Below are positions 37,112 to 49,935 of a DNA stretch of 64,000 nt, piece by piece. A program made the translations under genes and the position numbers. Every line of letters begins with the position of its first letter. Within the stretch, counting starts at the first letter, position 1. This DNA comes from Mustelus asterias (taxonomy: Eukaryota): the NCBI RefSeq assembly GCF_964213995.1, contig NW_027590388.1, positions 248,001-312,000 on the forward strand, written 5' to 3'. The notes under the pieces are model-generated. The model was not told the origin of the DNA. It ran no database searches and saw nothing but the letters and a program-made list of their open reading frames with translations.

Positions 37112-37600
37112 CTTGTATTAATATAGCGCCTTTTGCAACTTCAGGGTGTCCCGAAGTGCTTTACAGCCAATGAAGTTCTTTTGAAGTGGAGTGCCTGCTG
37201 TAATGTCGGAAATGTAGCAGCCAGATTGTATACAACAGGCTCCAACAAACACAACTAAGATGCTGGAAACACTCAGCAGGTCAGGCAAACATCTGTGGGG
37301 AGAGAGAGAGAGAAATTTCAAAACAGAACTATGATTCTGACCAGATAGTCTGAGTGCTGATCACTGAGGGCTACGTATTGAGCAGTTCACCCGAAAGAAC
37401 TTCCCTCTTCAAAATATCATAATGGGAACTTTTACCTCCTGCAGGAGCAGATGGGTTATAATTGAAGGTTTCCTCTGAAGGACAGCAGAGTATTCCCTCA
37501 GGAATGCACCAAAATACCAGCTGCATTTTATGATCAGGTTTTTGGAGGTGAAGTTGAATCCACATCCTCCTGACTCAGAATGGGAATGTAACACTAACAC
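37112..37600 (-). mobile_element. Decayed Deu-domain SINE (SacSINE1/AmnSINE1-like)
   Basis: Minus strand cattacagcag..cacttcaaaagaacttcattggctgtaaagcacttcggga...aaggcgctatat. Confidence 0.6.
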
Positions 37601-38031
37601 CTCATCATTAACTTCTGGATTATTTCAGCTCTCACATCTTTGGTTGGTCTCCTGAACACATTAACCCACTGGGCTCTTTGACAAAGCTAAGTGGATTCTT
37701 TGAGTTTTTATTAAGCAAATGGTGATGGTTTCCACGGTCACTTTGGTGGTGATATCACAGCAAGAGACCGAGAATTGTTTTAATGAATTCAAGAACTGAC
37801 ATCAAACGTCACAACATGGTGACAATTTGAATTAAAGGCTTTGCTTTTCAAAGACTGAGTCTTAACCATTCAGGCCACTTGTTGTCTTTCAAGGTAAAGT
37901 GCTTGAGATCAGGAGACATGGAAGTTACCTCCAAAATGATTGCAAACACTTCTCACTCTGATACAAAAGCACAATTTTAAAACCAACAAATCTGGGCATA
38001 ATTGTGATTGAAATTGATGAAATAAAGTGAA

Positions 38032-38373
38032 GGGGAGGAGATAGTATCGTGGTATTATAGCTAGACTATTAATCCAGACACTCAGCTAATGCTCTGGGGA
38101 CCCGGGTTCGAATCCCGCCACTGCAGGTGGTGGAATTTGAATTCAATATAAAAAAATCAGGAATTAAGAGTCTGCTGATGATTGTGAAACCATTGTCGAT
38201 TGTCAGAAAAACCCATGTGGTTCACTAATGTCCTTTAGGGAAGGAAATCTGCCATCATTACCTGGTCTGGCCTACATGTGACTCCAGAGCCACAGCAACT
38301 GCTCTCGGGCAACTAGGGATGGACAATAAATGCTGGCCATCCAGCGACACCCGTGTCCCACCAATAAATAAAA
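38032..38373 (+). mobile_element. tRNA-derived SINE (related copy ~34180-34775)
   Basis: B box ggttcgaatcc; body ggttcactaatgtcctttagggaaggaaatctgcc; tail agggatggacaataaatgctggcc. Confidence 0.75.
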
Positions 38374-39316
38374 ACAAGTTGCTATTTCACACATCCAAAG
38401 GGAGATTTCACTGAAGTTTGGGGGATTGTCAAATTTTCAAAACACAAACTGGCAACAAACAAGCTTGGATATTGGAAAAAAAGGTTTCCATTGGGGAAAT
38501 AAATTGCAGATTAAGGAAACCTGTCATAACACTGGGAGTCCAAAGATGTGCGGGTTAGGTTGATTGGCCATGCTAAAATTGCCCCTTCGTGTCCTGGAAT
38601 GCGTAGATTAGAGGGATTAGCGGGTAAAATATGTAGGGATATGGGAGCAGGGCCTGGGTGGGATTGTGGTCGGTGCAGACTCGATGGGCCGAATGGCCTC
38701 TTTCTGTGCTGTAGGGTTTCTATGATTCTATGAGTTGAATTTGAGCTAATATTGAAATTTACAAAAAAAGTGGGTGACTTTTATATAAAACTATCTAAAA
38801 TAACAAACAAATTGTGTTGCCACCTGGAATCAAATTGGCATGTTTGATTCCTGTTTTAAAGATATTACGAGAGTTGGACAGAAAAGTTTCTCCAGGCCAC
38901 ATGAATGAGATGGGATGGTAACTAATGGGATGTTCAAATGAGAGCAAGTGATTGAGGGTGAGAAATAGAGTGACGGGAAAATAACACACCACTGATTGGG
39001 AATTGAAATAACCCAATGTGGGTGCTGTTCAATGGAATATGGCAATGAGGTATTGATGTATATTTTAGTAAAGGGAAAGTCTAGATGCGACTAATAAAAT
39101 GATGGCTCTCTTGGGGATGTTTATATCCTTGTGCATGAACTTTCACAGAGAATTGCATTTGATAAACTGGCCACTGCCAAAGATGTTGAAGAATGCATGG
39201 GAAGACAAGCAAAGATCCTTACAGACATCTAGTGTGACTAGGTAGTAAGTTTCAGAAGAAATTATTCATATTCAGACCAGTTACATTTTATGTTTACTTA
39301 AGTAAACTTTACTTTT

Positions 39317-39625
39317 GGGGTGGTACGGTGGCACAGTGGTTATCATTGCTGCCTCATAGCGCCAGGGATCCATGTTCGATTCTGGCCTTGGGTGACTGTG
39401 TAGAGTTTGCACATTCTCCCCGTGTCTGTGTGGGTTTGCGGTTTCCTCCCACAATCCAAAGATGTGCGGGTTAGGTTGATTGGCTATGCTAAATTGCCCC
39501 TTAGTGTCAGGGGGATTAGCAGAGTAAATATGTGGAGTTACAGGGATAGGGCTCAGGTGTGATTGTTGTCAGCGCAGGCTCGATGGGCCAGATGGCCTCC
39601 TTCTGCCCTGTAGGAATTCAGTGAT
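39317..39625 (+). mobile_element. HE1-like V-SINE, type A
   Basis: Head, central domain and CR1-type tail all present. Confidence 0.8.
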
Positions 39626-39649
39626 CCTGAAAAAGACATTTAGTGTCCA

Positions 39650-40600
39650 GTGATTAACCATTTGTATTAATCAGTGAACTGTATTAATTAGTCACCAGTC
39701 AGAAACAAATTATCAAAAAAAAGTGAGCCTCAATTAATTATCATTGAAAACTTAATGATCTATTAATAGTTTTTCAGTTAAATGTTAGTTTCAAAATGGC
39801 TTCATTGATCTTGTTAGCTTACTTCATAGAATAGAATCATAGAAGCCCTACATGCAGGAGGCCATTCAGCCCATCGAGGTTGCACTGACAACAATCCCAC
39901 CTGTGCCCTATCCCCATAGCCCTATCCCTGTAACCACAATATTAATAGTTATATTAAAAGCCTGGTATATTCTTATAATTCTGTAAGCCAGTTTTAAATT
40001 GCATACCACAATTTCTGTAAGAAGGAATGTGTGATCTGATGAGATGATTAACAACGAGTCCTTTGCGGCCTGGGTTAAACTGATTTGGAGCCGAAAGGTT
40101 ACACAATGAATAGAAGGCTTGCCCAGGATCAGATAGGAGGGATGCACTGAACAGTCCCATTCTATCTCTATCTGAGACAGTTAACCAAATCATTCAAAAT
40201 CACTTGAATCGATTCAATAATGAAATCAACCAACCATTGCATTCTACCCAGTTTATTCGAGTTGAGGTAAGAGCCATTGAAGGATTTAAATCTTGAGGAT
40301 TCGAATTTTTAAATCCCTCGAGTTGCTGGCCAAGGACTGGAAGCCCCAAAGCACGATTCTCATCAGAATTGTTGTCAATCAAGGGGTACACAAGGAATTA
40401 TGCTTTTACAGTCTGATCAACCAAGAGAAATGGTAAAAGTCTGTTCTGTATTGATAAATGTATCTTTTTCCTTCTGTATTGATAAGTATTTGCCTTTTAA
40501 ATAAATTTATTTCAATTTACCATCTGAGATTCTTGTCTTACCCAGTGGTTAAGTCTTGTTCAAACTAAAACAATTGAATGAACAATTGACAAGCTCTGAT
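39650..40600 (+). mobile_element. Unclassified old repeat, possibly a solo LTR; related to 57430-58250 (-) and 15150-15650 (-)
   Basis: Shared blocks actgtattaattag..cagtcag.aacaaat and aataaa.ttattt..aatttacc...gattc.tg...tggtta. Confidence 0.35.
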
Positions 40601-40639
40601 GGATTGGGTTGATTGTCACTCGCCTTAAATAAATTATAA

Positions 40640-41072
40640 GCTGGACACCATCCAGGACAAAGCAGCCCCGCTGGCATCCCATCCACAAACATTCACCCCC
40701 TTCACCATCGATGAACAGTGGTAGCAGTGTGTACCATCCGTAAGATGCACTGCAGTAACTCATCAAGGTTCCTTAGGCAGCACCTTCCAACCCACTACCA
40801 TTTAGAAGGACAAGAGCAGCAGAAACATGAGAACACCACCACCTAGAAGTTCCCCTCCAAGTCACTCACCATCCTGACTTGGAAATATATCACTATTCCT
40901 TCACTGTCGCTGGGTCAAAATCCTGCAATTCCCTCCCTAACAGCACTGTGGGGGTACCTACACCTCAGGGACTGCAGCAATTCAACAAGGTAGCTCACTA
41001 TTACCTTCTAAACGGCATCTAAGGATGGACAATAAATGCTGGCCGAGCCACATCACATGAATAAAAAAAAAA
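40640..41072 (+). mobile_element. Old LINE 3' end (CR1/L2 group) sharing its tail with the 38032 SINE
   Basis: LDTIQDKAA remnant; tail ggatggacaataaatgctggcc...atgaataaaaaa. Confidence 0.6.
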
Positions 41073-41654
41073 GAAATTGTTAACGTGAAAAGTAATTTTT
41101 TTAAAAAATCATCAATGTGTTGACACTTACTCCACAGAGAAACTGACTTTAAAACACCCAGGACGGAACTAAAATCATTGGTTCTGGTCAACAGGAGTAA
41201 AATTGAAATAAAGGAATTGAGTTTGGACAACTGGAGACTAGGAATAAATAATCCTGAATGAGAATTATCCTCAAGATAGATACAGGTGAAGGGAGAGCTG
41301 GTGAATTTTTAAAGTCCAAGCATGATCTGTCACTTTAATGGTATGTATTTATTTGCTAATAATTTAGAATTAACGGCACTCCTGAGGATAAGGAAAATCA
41401 GAGAGTGTTGTGCGGAGTGCCAATCTCCACACAAAATGACCATCTTTGAAAAAGTTAAAAACAGGCTCCTGAGAGGGAAAAAAATACTCTGGAATTTTTT
41501 TTTAAGTGATCCACACTGCGTGGCCTCTGTCAGGCAGGAGACAACCTGGGAAGAATTTCCTAACACTTCAATTCAGAAGGAGCTGGCTCTGCCAACCATC
41601 AACAACAGAAACAATCACTCATCCTGTCGGATCAGGAAACCAGAGTAGAAATGT

Positions 41655-41935
41655 CAGTTACCAGGGGACATAGGTTTAAGGTAAAGGGGGGAAAGTTTAA
41701 AGGAGATGTGAGAGGCAAGTGTTTCACACAGAGGATGTAAATGCCTGGAATGCGCTACCAGAGGAGGTGGTAGACGCAGAATGTTTAATAGGCATCTTGA
41801 CAGATTCATGAATAGGCAGGGAATAGAAGGGTATGGACCACATAGAGGCAAAGGGTCTTTAGTTCAGGAAGGCATCATGTGTCAGCATAGGCTAAGTGGG
41901 CCAAAGGCCTGTTCCTGTGCTGTAATGTTCTTTGC
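41655..41935 (+). mobile_element. CR1 3' fragment
   Basis: TRGHRFKV..KFKGDVRG remnant; CR1 tail. Confidence 0.75.
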
Positions 41936-42174
41936 TCTCCTTTCACAGCTCGTATGTTTCTGCTGATCTATTTTGTTCATACATGATATTTAAACGGCTG
42001 CCTCTTCATAAACTACTTTAAAATTATGTCAGCGTAATCTCCCTTATCCCCCACCTCACTTTGTGGATAACCTGTGACTCCCAAAACCAAACCTTAACAG
42101 TTCCAGCTCTTGATAACTTCCAGAGTGTCTCTTTGAGCCTTGGTATTCAGGGATGGTATTAGTAACAATGGCCT

Positions 42175-42666
42175 TGGGAGTGTTTGATGGGGTCATATAT
42201 GTATAGAAGAGGATTTATTCTGTATCTAACTCCGTGCTGTATATTTCCTGGGGATATTTGGGGAAGAGAGTGTAAGGGGAGCTTTACTCTGTATCTAACC
42301 TTGTGCTGTATCTGTCCTGGGAGTGTTTGATGGGGACAGTACAACGGGAGCTTTATTCTGCAACCCCGTGCTGTACCTATCTGGGAGTGTTTCATGGGGA
42401 CAGTGTAGCGGGAGCTTTACTCTGTATCTAACCCCATGCTGTACCTGTCCTGTGAGTGTTTGATGGAAACAGTGTAGAGGGAACTTTTCTCTGTATCTTA
42501 CTCCATGCTGTCCTGGGAATGTTTGATGGGGACAGTGTAAAAGGAGCTTTATTCTGTATCTAACCCCATGCTGTACGTGCCCTGGCAGTTTTGATGGAGT
42601 CAGTGTAGAAAGGGATTTAATCAGTATCTAACCCCGTGCTGTATGTTTCCTGGGATTGTTTGATGG
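42175..42666. repeat. Degenerate ~69-bp tandem repeat, about 7 units
   Basis: Consensus ctgggagtgtttgatggggacagtgtagagggagctttactctgtatctaaccccgtgctgtacctgtc. Confidence 0.88.
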
Positions 42667-42679
42667 CCCCGCAAAATGA

Positions 42680-42780
42680 CACTGCGCATGCTTCTGATCG
42701 AATCCAGTTCTGCGCATGTTCACTGCTCTCTTGTAGCATGAATAGGGCATATTCATATCCGCACGGCATGGTGGGTAACA
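42680..42780. promoter_or_regulatory. Orphan fragment of the promoter module (NRF1 pair plus ZNF143-like site)
   Basis: tgcgcatgct...tgcgcatgtt...atagggca...gcatggtgggtaa, homologous to 35090-35190. Confidence 0.5.
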
Positions 42781-43609
42781 GCAGCGCCATTGTGACTTGA
42801 AACTGGGAATAGGAATCCCAAAAGAACAGGGAGCAGTGATTATAAAAACCAGGGAATTAACAGAAAAGTCCCAGGAAGACTGAAGTCAAAGAGACAAAAG
42901 GAACTGGAAACTGAGCAATGTACTTACTGTTCCCTGAAGTTAAAGACAAAGAGAAAGGCTCCCAGTTAAAGTCAGAGCTGACAGGTGCAGACTTGGTGAA
43001 GTTGACTCGGGAGAAGCCAGATATCTGAAGCAATCCTAAGGTTGATGATATCTTAATACAGCCTGTGAAGCAGTGATCTTCCGTTAGCATGGCTGAATGA
43101 TTGTGTGGAAGCTTGATTGCACGTGGCAATCCAAGGCATGTCTTTTCGAGTGTTGAGTTTGCAAACATTTGTTTGGAAGCTGCAGTTCCAATGAAACCAG
43201 TTGGCTCACAATGTGATCATCATCTGGGGGAAATTCAATGAGAAATCCACAGAAGATGTATTTGGTGGTGTCTGCCACTTGGTATGAGAGTGTGATGTAT
43301 CTGACCACAGTCAGAGCTCACAGGTGCAGACTTGGTGAAGTCTATCCAAGCTTTGTAAAAAAAGGAAACAAGTAGCCAGAGTAAATCTTGGTCCCTTAGC
43401 CAGAGGAAGCTCACTTCAAAAGCAACTAACTTGTGTGAAGAAATATTAAAAACATTTGCCACATTTTGTTTCACACAAAACGGATTTAGTTTAATTTTAT
43501 CCAGAACAGTAACACCTATTTCCGAGCTGCAGTTTATGAACACCAGCAGAATGGAACCCCAATGAATGTTGTTCTGGGTGTGATTAACAGCAAACTTTAA
43601 CTCCTGCCT

Positions 43610-44908
43610 TCACTTATGAATTCGCTGATGCGTCAGCAGGTTGGATTTCCGAGTAAATCCCTTCCCACACTTGGAGCAGGTGAATGGTTTCTCCCCAGTG
43701 TGAACTCGCTGGTGTTCAATTAGTATCGACGATCGACTGAACCCAGTCCCACATTGAGAGCACATGAATGGCCTCTCGTCAGTGTGAACACGTTGGTGGG
43801 ACCTCAGATCTCCAGATCGTTTGTAGCACTTCCCACAGTCTGGGCATTTGAAAGGTCTCTCCTCAGTGTGAACCCGCTGGTGAGCCATGAGTTGGGAGGA
43901 CTGAGTGAATCCCTTCCCACAATTGGAGCAGGTGAACGGTCTCTCCCCAGTGTGAATTCGCTGGTGTTCAGTGAGATGGGATGATTGCCTGAATCCAATT
44001 GCACAGTGAGAGCACCTGAACGGTCTCTTGTCAGTGTGAACATGCTGATGGGATTTCAGTTCTCCAGAACTTTTATAGTAATTCCCACAGTCTGGGCACT
44101 TGAAAGGTCTCTCTCCAGAGTGAACCCGCTGGTGCACCATGAGTTGGGATGACCGACTAAATCCCTTCCCACACTCCGTGCAGGTGAATGGCCTTTTCCC
44201 AGTGTGAATTCGCTGGTGTACAGTGAGTTGAGATGATTGCCTGAACCCAGTCCCGCAGTGAGAGCACCTGAACGGTCTCTCCTCAGTGTGAACGCGTTGG
44301 TGGTACGTCAGTTCCCAGGAGCTTTTATAGCCCTTTCCACATTCTGAACAGTAAAAAGGTCGTTCCTCAGTGTGAACTTGCTGATGGCGTGTCAGTTCCC
44401 GGGAACTTTTAAAGCACTTCCCACATGCTGGACATTTAAAAGGTCTCTTGTCAGTGTGAACTCGCTGGTGTGATAGCAGGTTGCTTGTGTGAATGAATCC
44501 CTTCCCACACTGGGAGCAGGTGAATGGCCTCTCCCCGGTGTGAACTCTCTGGTGTACCAGCAGATTGGATGACTGAGTGAATCCCTTCCCACATTTGGAG
44601 CAGGTGAATGGTCTCTCTCCAGTGTGAACTTGCCGGTGTCTCAGCAGGTTGAACGACTGAGTGAATCCTTTCCCACACACAGAGCAGGTGAACGGCCTCT
44701 CCCCAGCATGAACTCGCTGGTGAATTTCCAGTTCAGATGGGGAATAGAATCCTTCCTCGCAGTCCCCACATTTCAACGGCTTCTCTTCAGTGTGACGGCA
44801 CTTGTGGTTCGTGGGGTCAGATGATTCATACACAGAACACGCGTACAGATTCTCCCCACTGCAATCGATGCTTTTTTCTTCCATGTTCAAAATCCAATCA
44901 TGATACAA
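43610..44908 (-). CDS. C2H2 ZNF Z2B, 14 fingers (probable ATG 44884)
   Basis: Intact ORF; paralogue of the frameshifted Z2A. Confidence 0.92.
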   Translation of the reverse strand: MYHDWILNMEEKSIDCSGENLYACSVYESSDPTNHKCRHTEEKPLKCGDCEEGFYSPSELEIHQRVHAGERPFTCSVCGKGFTQSFNLLRHRQVHTGERPFTCSKCGKGFTQSSNLLVHQRVHTGERPFTCSQCGKGFIHTSNLLSHQRVHTDKRPFKCPACGKCFKSSRELTRHQQVHTEERPFYCSECGKGYKSSWELTYHQRVHTEERPFRCSHCGTGFRQSSQLTVHQRIHTGKRPFTCTECGKGFSRSSQLMVHQRVHSGERPFKCPDCGNYYKSSGELKSHQHVHTDKRPFRCSHCAIGFRQSSHLTEHQRIHTGERPFTCSNCGKGFTQSSQLMAHQRVHTEERPFKCPDCGKCYKRSGDLRSHQRVHTDERPFMCSQCGTGFSRSSILIEHQRVHTGEKPFTCSKCGKGFTRKSNLLTHQRIHK

Positions 44909-45144
44909 TGGTCACAATAAATTGGGCGACTCCATCAGATCCTGATGTGATGTTCGCTTTGTGTTTCCCGACTGAAAATCCTCCTCTTCTAAAACCCTGT
45001 GAAACTGATTTAAATGGAAAAAAGGCAGTGAGCGCGAACCCACAGAAACACAAAGGCAGGTTGTGAAATTGAGCTGAATGAATCTGGTCATTTGTGGGGC
45101 CGGCACTGGGAAAAAGTTACCATGGAAACTGCCGGATTGTCATT

Positions 45145-45415
45145 GGGCGGCACGGGGGCACAGTGATCAGCTCTGCTGCCTCACAGCGCCAGGGACCCGT
45201 GTTTGATTCCCAGCTTGGGTCACTGTCTGTGTGGAGTTTGTACGCTCTCCCTGTGTCTGCGTGGGTTTCCTCCGGGTGCTCTGGTTTCCTCCCACAGTCC
45301 GAAAGACATGCTGCTTAGTTGCATTGACCCGAACAGGTGCTGGATTGTGGCAACTAGGGGAATTTCACAGCAACTTCATTGATGTGTTAATGTAAGCCTA
45401 CTTGTGACTAATAAA
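45145..45415 (+). mobile_element. V-SINE-like SINE type B (paralogue of 7705)
   Basis: Same position and sequence as in copy A. Confidence 0.8.
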
Positions 45416-46225
45416 TTTTTAACTTTAAAAAAACCCACCTGATTCACTAATGTCCTTCAGGGAAGGAAACCTGCTCCCTGGTCAGGGGCGACACAAGACT
45501 CTGGACAATCTGGGAGAAGAGATCGAGGGGGAAGAGGCAGAGAGACAGAAGTAGGAGAGGGTGAGACAGAATTGGGCAGCACAGGAAAAAAGGAATTTCA
45601 AATATTTCAAACTCCCACAACCTCCACCACCTCGATGGAGCAATGAAGCAGGCGTATGGGAACACCATCATCTCCAAGTTCCTTTTCAACTCACACACCA
45701 TCCTGACGTGTCTGACATCCAGTACTGGATGAACAGAAACTTCCTCCAATTGAATATTAAGAACAAAGCCGTTGTCTTCAGTCCTCACAACAGACTCCAC
45801 TCTCTCTCCCTGGCAACTGTCTGAGGCTGAACCAGACTTCTCACAACCTCAGTGTCCTGTCTCACCCCAAACTGAGCTTCCAGCCACATATCCTCACCAT
45901 CACCCAGAATGTCTATTTCCACCTCAGTAACATCGCCCGAGTCTCAAATCATCTTGTTCAGAAACTCTCATCCATTCCTTTGTTACCTCTGGACTTAACT
46001 ATCCCAGAGCACTCTTTGCTGGCCTCCCACATTCAGCCTCCCTGCAATCCTGAGGTCATCCAAAACTCTGCTGTCTGTGTAATTATTCAAGACTTGTTCA
46101 CCCATCACCCCTGTGCTCACTGACCTATAAAGGTTCCTGTTTAAGAACCACTAACATTTTAAAACTCCCGTTCTTGTTTCCAAATTTCTCCATGACTGCG
46201 ACCACTCCTCTCTCTGTAATATCCT

Positions 46226-46730
46226 TCAGTCACACAATTCTCCATCATCGATGCTCTCCCCTAATTCCAGCCTCTCTTCAGTGTGAACATATTGATGGGA
46301 TGTCAGTTCCTGGGAACTTTTATAGCACTTCCCACAGTCTGGGCATTTAAAAGGTCTCTCGTCAGTGTGAACTCGCTGTTGTGTCATGGGTAATGATGAC
46401 TGAGTGAATTGTTTCCCACATACAGAGCAGGTGAATGGCCTCTCCCCCAGGTGAAGCTGCTGGTGTTTCAACAGGTTGTTTGACTTATTGAATCACAACC
46501 CACACTCAGAGCCAGTTCACAGCCTCTCCCTTGTGTGACTGCGTTGCTGAGTTTCCAGTTTAGACGGTAACTGAAGGCCTTCTCACAGTCCTCATGTTTC
46601 CACAGTTTTCCCCGGTGTGATAGTGTCTCGACAGGTTAGATGATTGGTTGAAGCCTCATCCACACATAGAACATATGTACGGTTTTTCCCCACTGTGAAC
46701 AGTGCTTTTTCCTTCAATGTTCAAAATCCC
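46226..46730 (-). pseudogene. ZNF pseudogene Z3B
   Basis: Degenerate fingers and the same truncation as Z3A. Confidence 0.8.
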
Positions 46731-47453
46731 ATAATTTGGACAACTCCATCTGATGTGAATGTTTGGTTTGAGTTTCCTGACTACATATCCTCCTCTTTCA
46801 ATACCTCATGAAATTAATTTAAAACAGAGAAAAGGGAGTGAGAGAGTGCCCACAAAAACACAAAGGCAGGTTATGAAATTGAGCTGAATGAATCTGGTAA
46901 TCTGTGGGGTCGACACGAGGAAAAAGTGACCATGGAAGCTCCTGGATTGTCACAAAAACCCAACTGGTTCACTAATGTCCTTTAGGGAAGGGAACTTACC
47001 ACCCAGTCTGGGCCTACACAAGACTCTGGCCTCTATAGGAGGGGAGAGAGGTGAAAGAGGCAGGAACAAAGGAGGTGATTTTCTACTTTGAATTCTAAAA
47101 CTTTGACAAAATTCTCCAAACCTTCAACTTCCACACCAAGGAGGACCAGGTGTATGCGAACAGCATAATCTCCAAATTCCCCTCCAACTCGCACACTGTC
47201 CTGCCCTGTCCGATATCCAGTACTGAATGAACAGCAATGTGCTCCATTTAACTACTGGGAAGAAGAAAACCATTGTTTCTCTTCAGTCCCCGCTACAAAC
47301 TCCACTCCCAAACTACTGACTCCATCCTTTTCCCTGACAACTGTCTGAGACTGAACCGGACTGTTCCCAGCCTCAATAACAGCTTTCACTCTAAACTGAG
47401 CTCCTGACCTCATATCTGAATAATCACCAAGACTGCCAATTTCCATCTCAGTA

Positions 47454-48165
47454 CAAAGATCAAAGAACAAAGAACATTACAACACAGGGACAGGCCCTTC
47501 GGCCCTCCAAGCCTGCACCAACCATGCTGCCCGACTGAACTAAAACCCCCTACCCTTCTGGGGACCATATCCCTCTATTCCCATCCTATTCATGTACTTG
47601 TCAAGATGCCCCTTAAAAGTCACTACCGCTTCCACTACCTCCCCTGGCAACGAGTTCCAGGCACCCACTACTCTCTGTGTAAAAAGTCTGCCTCGTACAT
47701 CTCCCTTAAACCTCGCCCCTCGCACCTTAAACCTATGCCCCCCAGTAATTGACTCTTCCATCCTGGGAAAAAGCTTCTGACTATCCACTCTGTCCATGCT
47801 TCTCATAATCTTGTGGACTTCTATCAGGTCTCCCCTCAACCTCCTTCGCTCCAGTGAGAACAAACCAAGTTTCTCCAACCTCTCCTCATAGCTAATGCCC
47901 TCCATACCAGGCAACATCCTGGTAAATCTTTTCTGTACCCTCTCCAAAGCCTCCACATCCTTCTGGTAATGTGGCGATCAGAATTGAACACTATATTCCA
48001 AGTGCGGCCTAACTAAGGTTCTATAAAGCATCAACATGAGTTGCCAATTTTTAAACTCAATGCCCCGGCCGATGAAGGCAAGCATGTCATATGCCTTCTT
48101 GACTAGTTTCTCCACCTCCATTGCCACTTTCAGAGACCTGTGTACCTGATGTGACCTGTGTACCT
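47454..48165 (-). mobile_element. CR1 3' fragment specific to copy B
   Basis: ORF 47540-47956; absent from copy A at ~10014. Confidence 0.88.
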
Positions 48166-48295
48166 GACCTGAGTAACATCACCTGACTCTGTCCTTAGAC
48201 ATGATGTGTAGTTGCCGGCGTTGGACTGGGGTGAACACAGTAAGAAGTCTCACAACACCAGGTTAAAGTCCAACAGGTTTATTTGGTAGCAAATA

Positions 48296-48332
48296 CCTTT
48301 AGCTTTCGGAGCGCTGCTCCTTCGTCAGATGG
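48296..48332 (-). ncRNA. Minimal hammerhead ribozyme motif
   Basis: ccau-CUGACGA-a-ggagc/agc/gcucc-GAA-AGCU-A-aagg (one helix I mismatch). Confidence 0.62.
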
Positions 48333-48640
48333 AGTGGAAATGTGCTCTCAAACAGGGCACAGAGACACAAAAAACAAGTTACAGAATACTGATTAGAATG
48401 CGAATCCCTACAACCAGCCAGATCTTAAAGATACAGACAATGTGGGTGGAGGGAGCATTAAGCACAGGTTAAAGAGATGTGTATTGTCTCCAGACAGGAC
48501 AGCTAGTGAGATTCTGCAAGTCCAGGAGGCAAGCTGTGGGGGTTACTGATAATGTGACATAAATCCAACGTCCCGGTTTAGGCCGTCCTCATGTGTGCGG
48601 AACTTGGCTATCAGTTTCTGCTCAGCGATTCTGCGCTGTC

Positions 48641-49935
48641 ATGGATTCATGAGGGGAAAGTCGTGCTTGACGAACATGTTGGATTTTTATGAAGATGTGA
48701 CTAGGGCGGTTGATGGAGGAGAACCGGTGGATGCGGTGTTTTTGGATTTCCAAAAGGCGTTTGATAAGGTGCCCCATAAAAGGCTGCTGAAGAAGATTAG
48801 GGCACACGGAGTTGGGGGTAATGTGTTAAAGTGGATTGGGGACTGGCTATCCGACAGGAAGCAAAGAGTCGGAATAAATGGGTGTTTTTCCGGTTGGAGG
48901 AAGGTAACTAGTGGCGTGCCGCAGGGATCGGTACTCGGGCCGCAACTGTTTACCATTTATATAGATGATCTGGAGGAGGGGACGGAGTGTAGGGTAACGA
49001 AGTTTGCAGACGACACAAAGATAAGTGGAAAAGTGAATCGTGTGGAGGACGGAGAAGATCTGCAGAGAGATTTGGACAGGCTGAGTGAGTGGGCGAGGAT
49101 ATGGCAAATGGAGTATAACGTTGAGAAATGCGAGGTTATACACTTTGGAGGAAATAATAACAAATGGGATTACTATCTCAATGGAAACAAATTAAAACAT
49201 GCTACCGTGCAAAGGGACCTGGGGGTCCTTGTGCATGAGACGCAAAAGCCCAGTCTGCAGGTACAACAGGTGATCAAGAAGGCAAATGGGATGTTGGCCT
49301 ATATTGCGAAGGGGATAGAATATAAAAGCAGGGATGTCTTGATGCACCTGTACAGGGCATTGGTGAGGCCGCAGCTGGAATACTGTGTGCAGTATTGGTC
49401 CCCTTATATGAGGAAGGATATATTGGCATTGGAGGGAGTGCAGAGAAGGTTCACCAGGTTGATACCGGAGATGAGGGGTTTGGATTATGAGGAGAGGCTG
49501 AGGAGATTGGGTTTGTACTCGTTGGAGTTTAGAAGGATGAGGGGGGATCTTATGGAGACTTATAAGATAATGCGGGGGCTGGATAGGGTGGAGGCGGAGA
49601 GATTCTTTCCACTTAGTAAGGAAGTTAAAACTAGAGGACACAGCCTCAAAATAAAGGGGGGTCGGTTTAAGACAGAGTTGAGGAGGAACTTCTTCTCCCA
49701 GAGGGTGGTGAATCTCTGGAATTCTCTGTCCACTGAGGTGGTGGAGGCTACCTCGCTGAATATGTTTAAAGCGCGGATGGATGGATTCCTGATCGGTAAG
49801 GGAATTAAGGGTTATGGGGATCAGGCGGGTAAGTGGTACTGATCCACGTCAGATCAGCCATGATCTTATTGAATGGCGGGGCAGGCTCGAGGGGCTAGAT
49901 GGCCTACTCCTGCTCCTATTTCTTATGTTCTTATG
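48641..49935 (+). mobile_element. Young CR1 (RT domain to 3' end, frame open to 49842) nested in the PLE
   Basis: HGFMRGKSCLTN, FADDTK; (ttcttatg)n tail; short tgtc duplication. Confidence 0.93.

Noticed and set aside
37800-37890. Possible minus-strand tRNA (gtggcctgaatggttaag)
   Set aside because: Only an A-box-like piece with no cloverleaf; probably a decayed SINE head
48595-49842. 415-aa ORF as an autonomous RT gene
   Set aside because: A 5'-truncated CR1 lacking ORF1 and endonuclease; the first residues come from antisense PLE sequence
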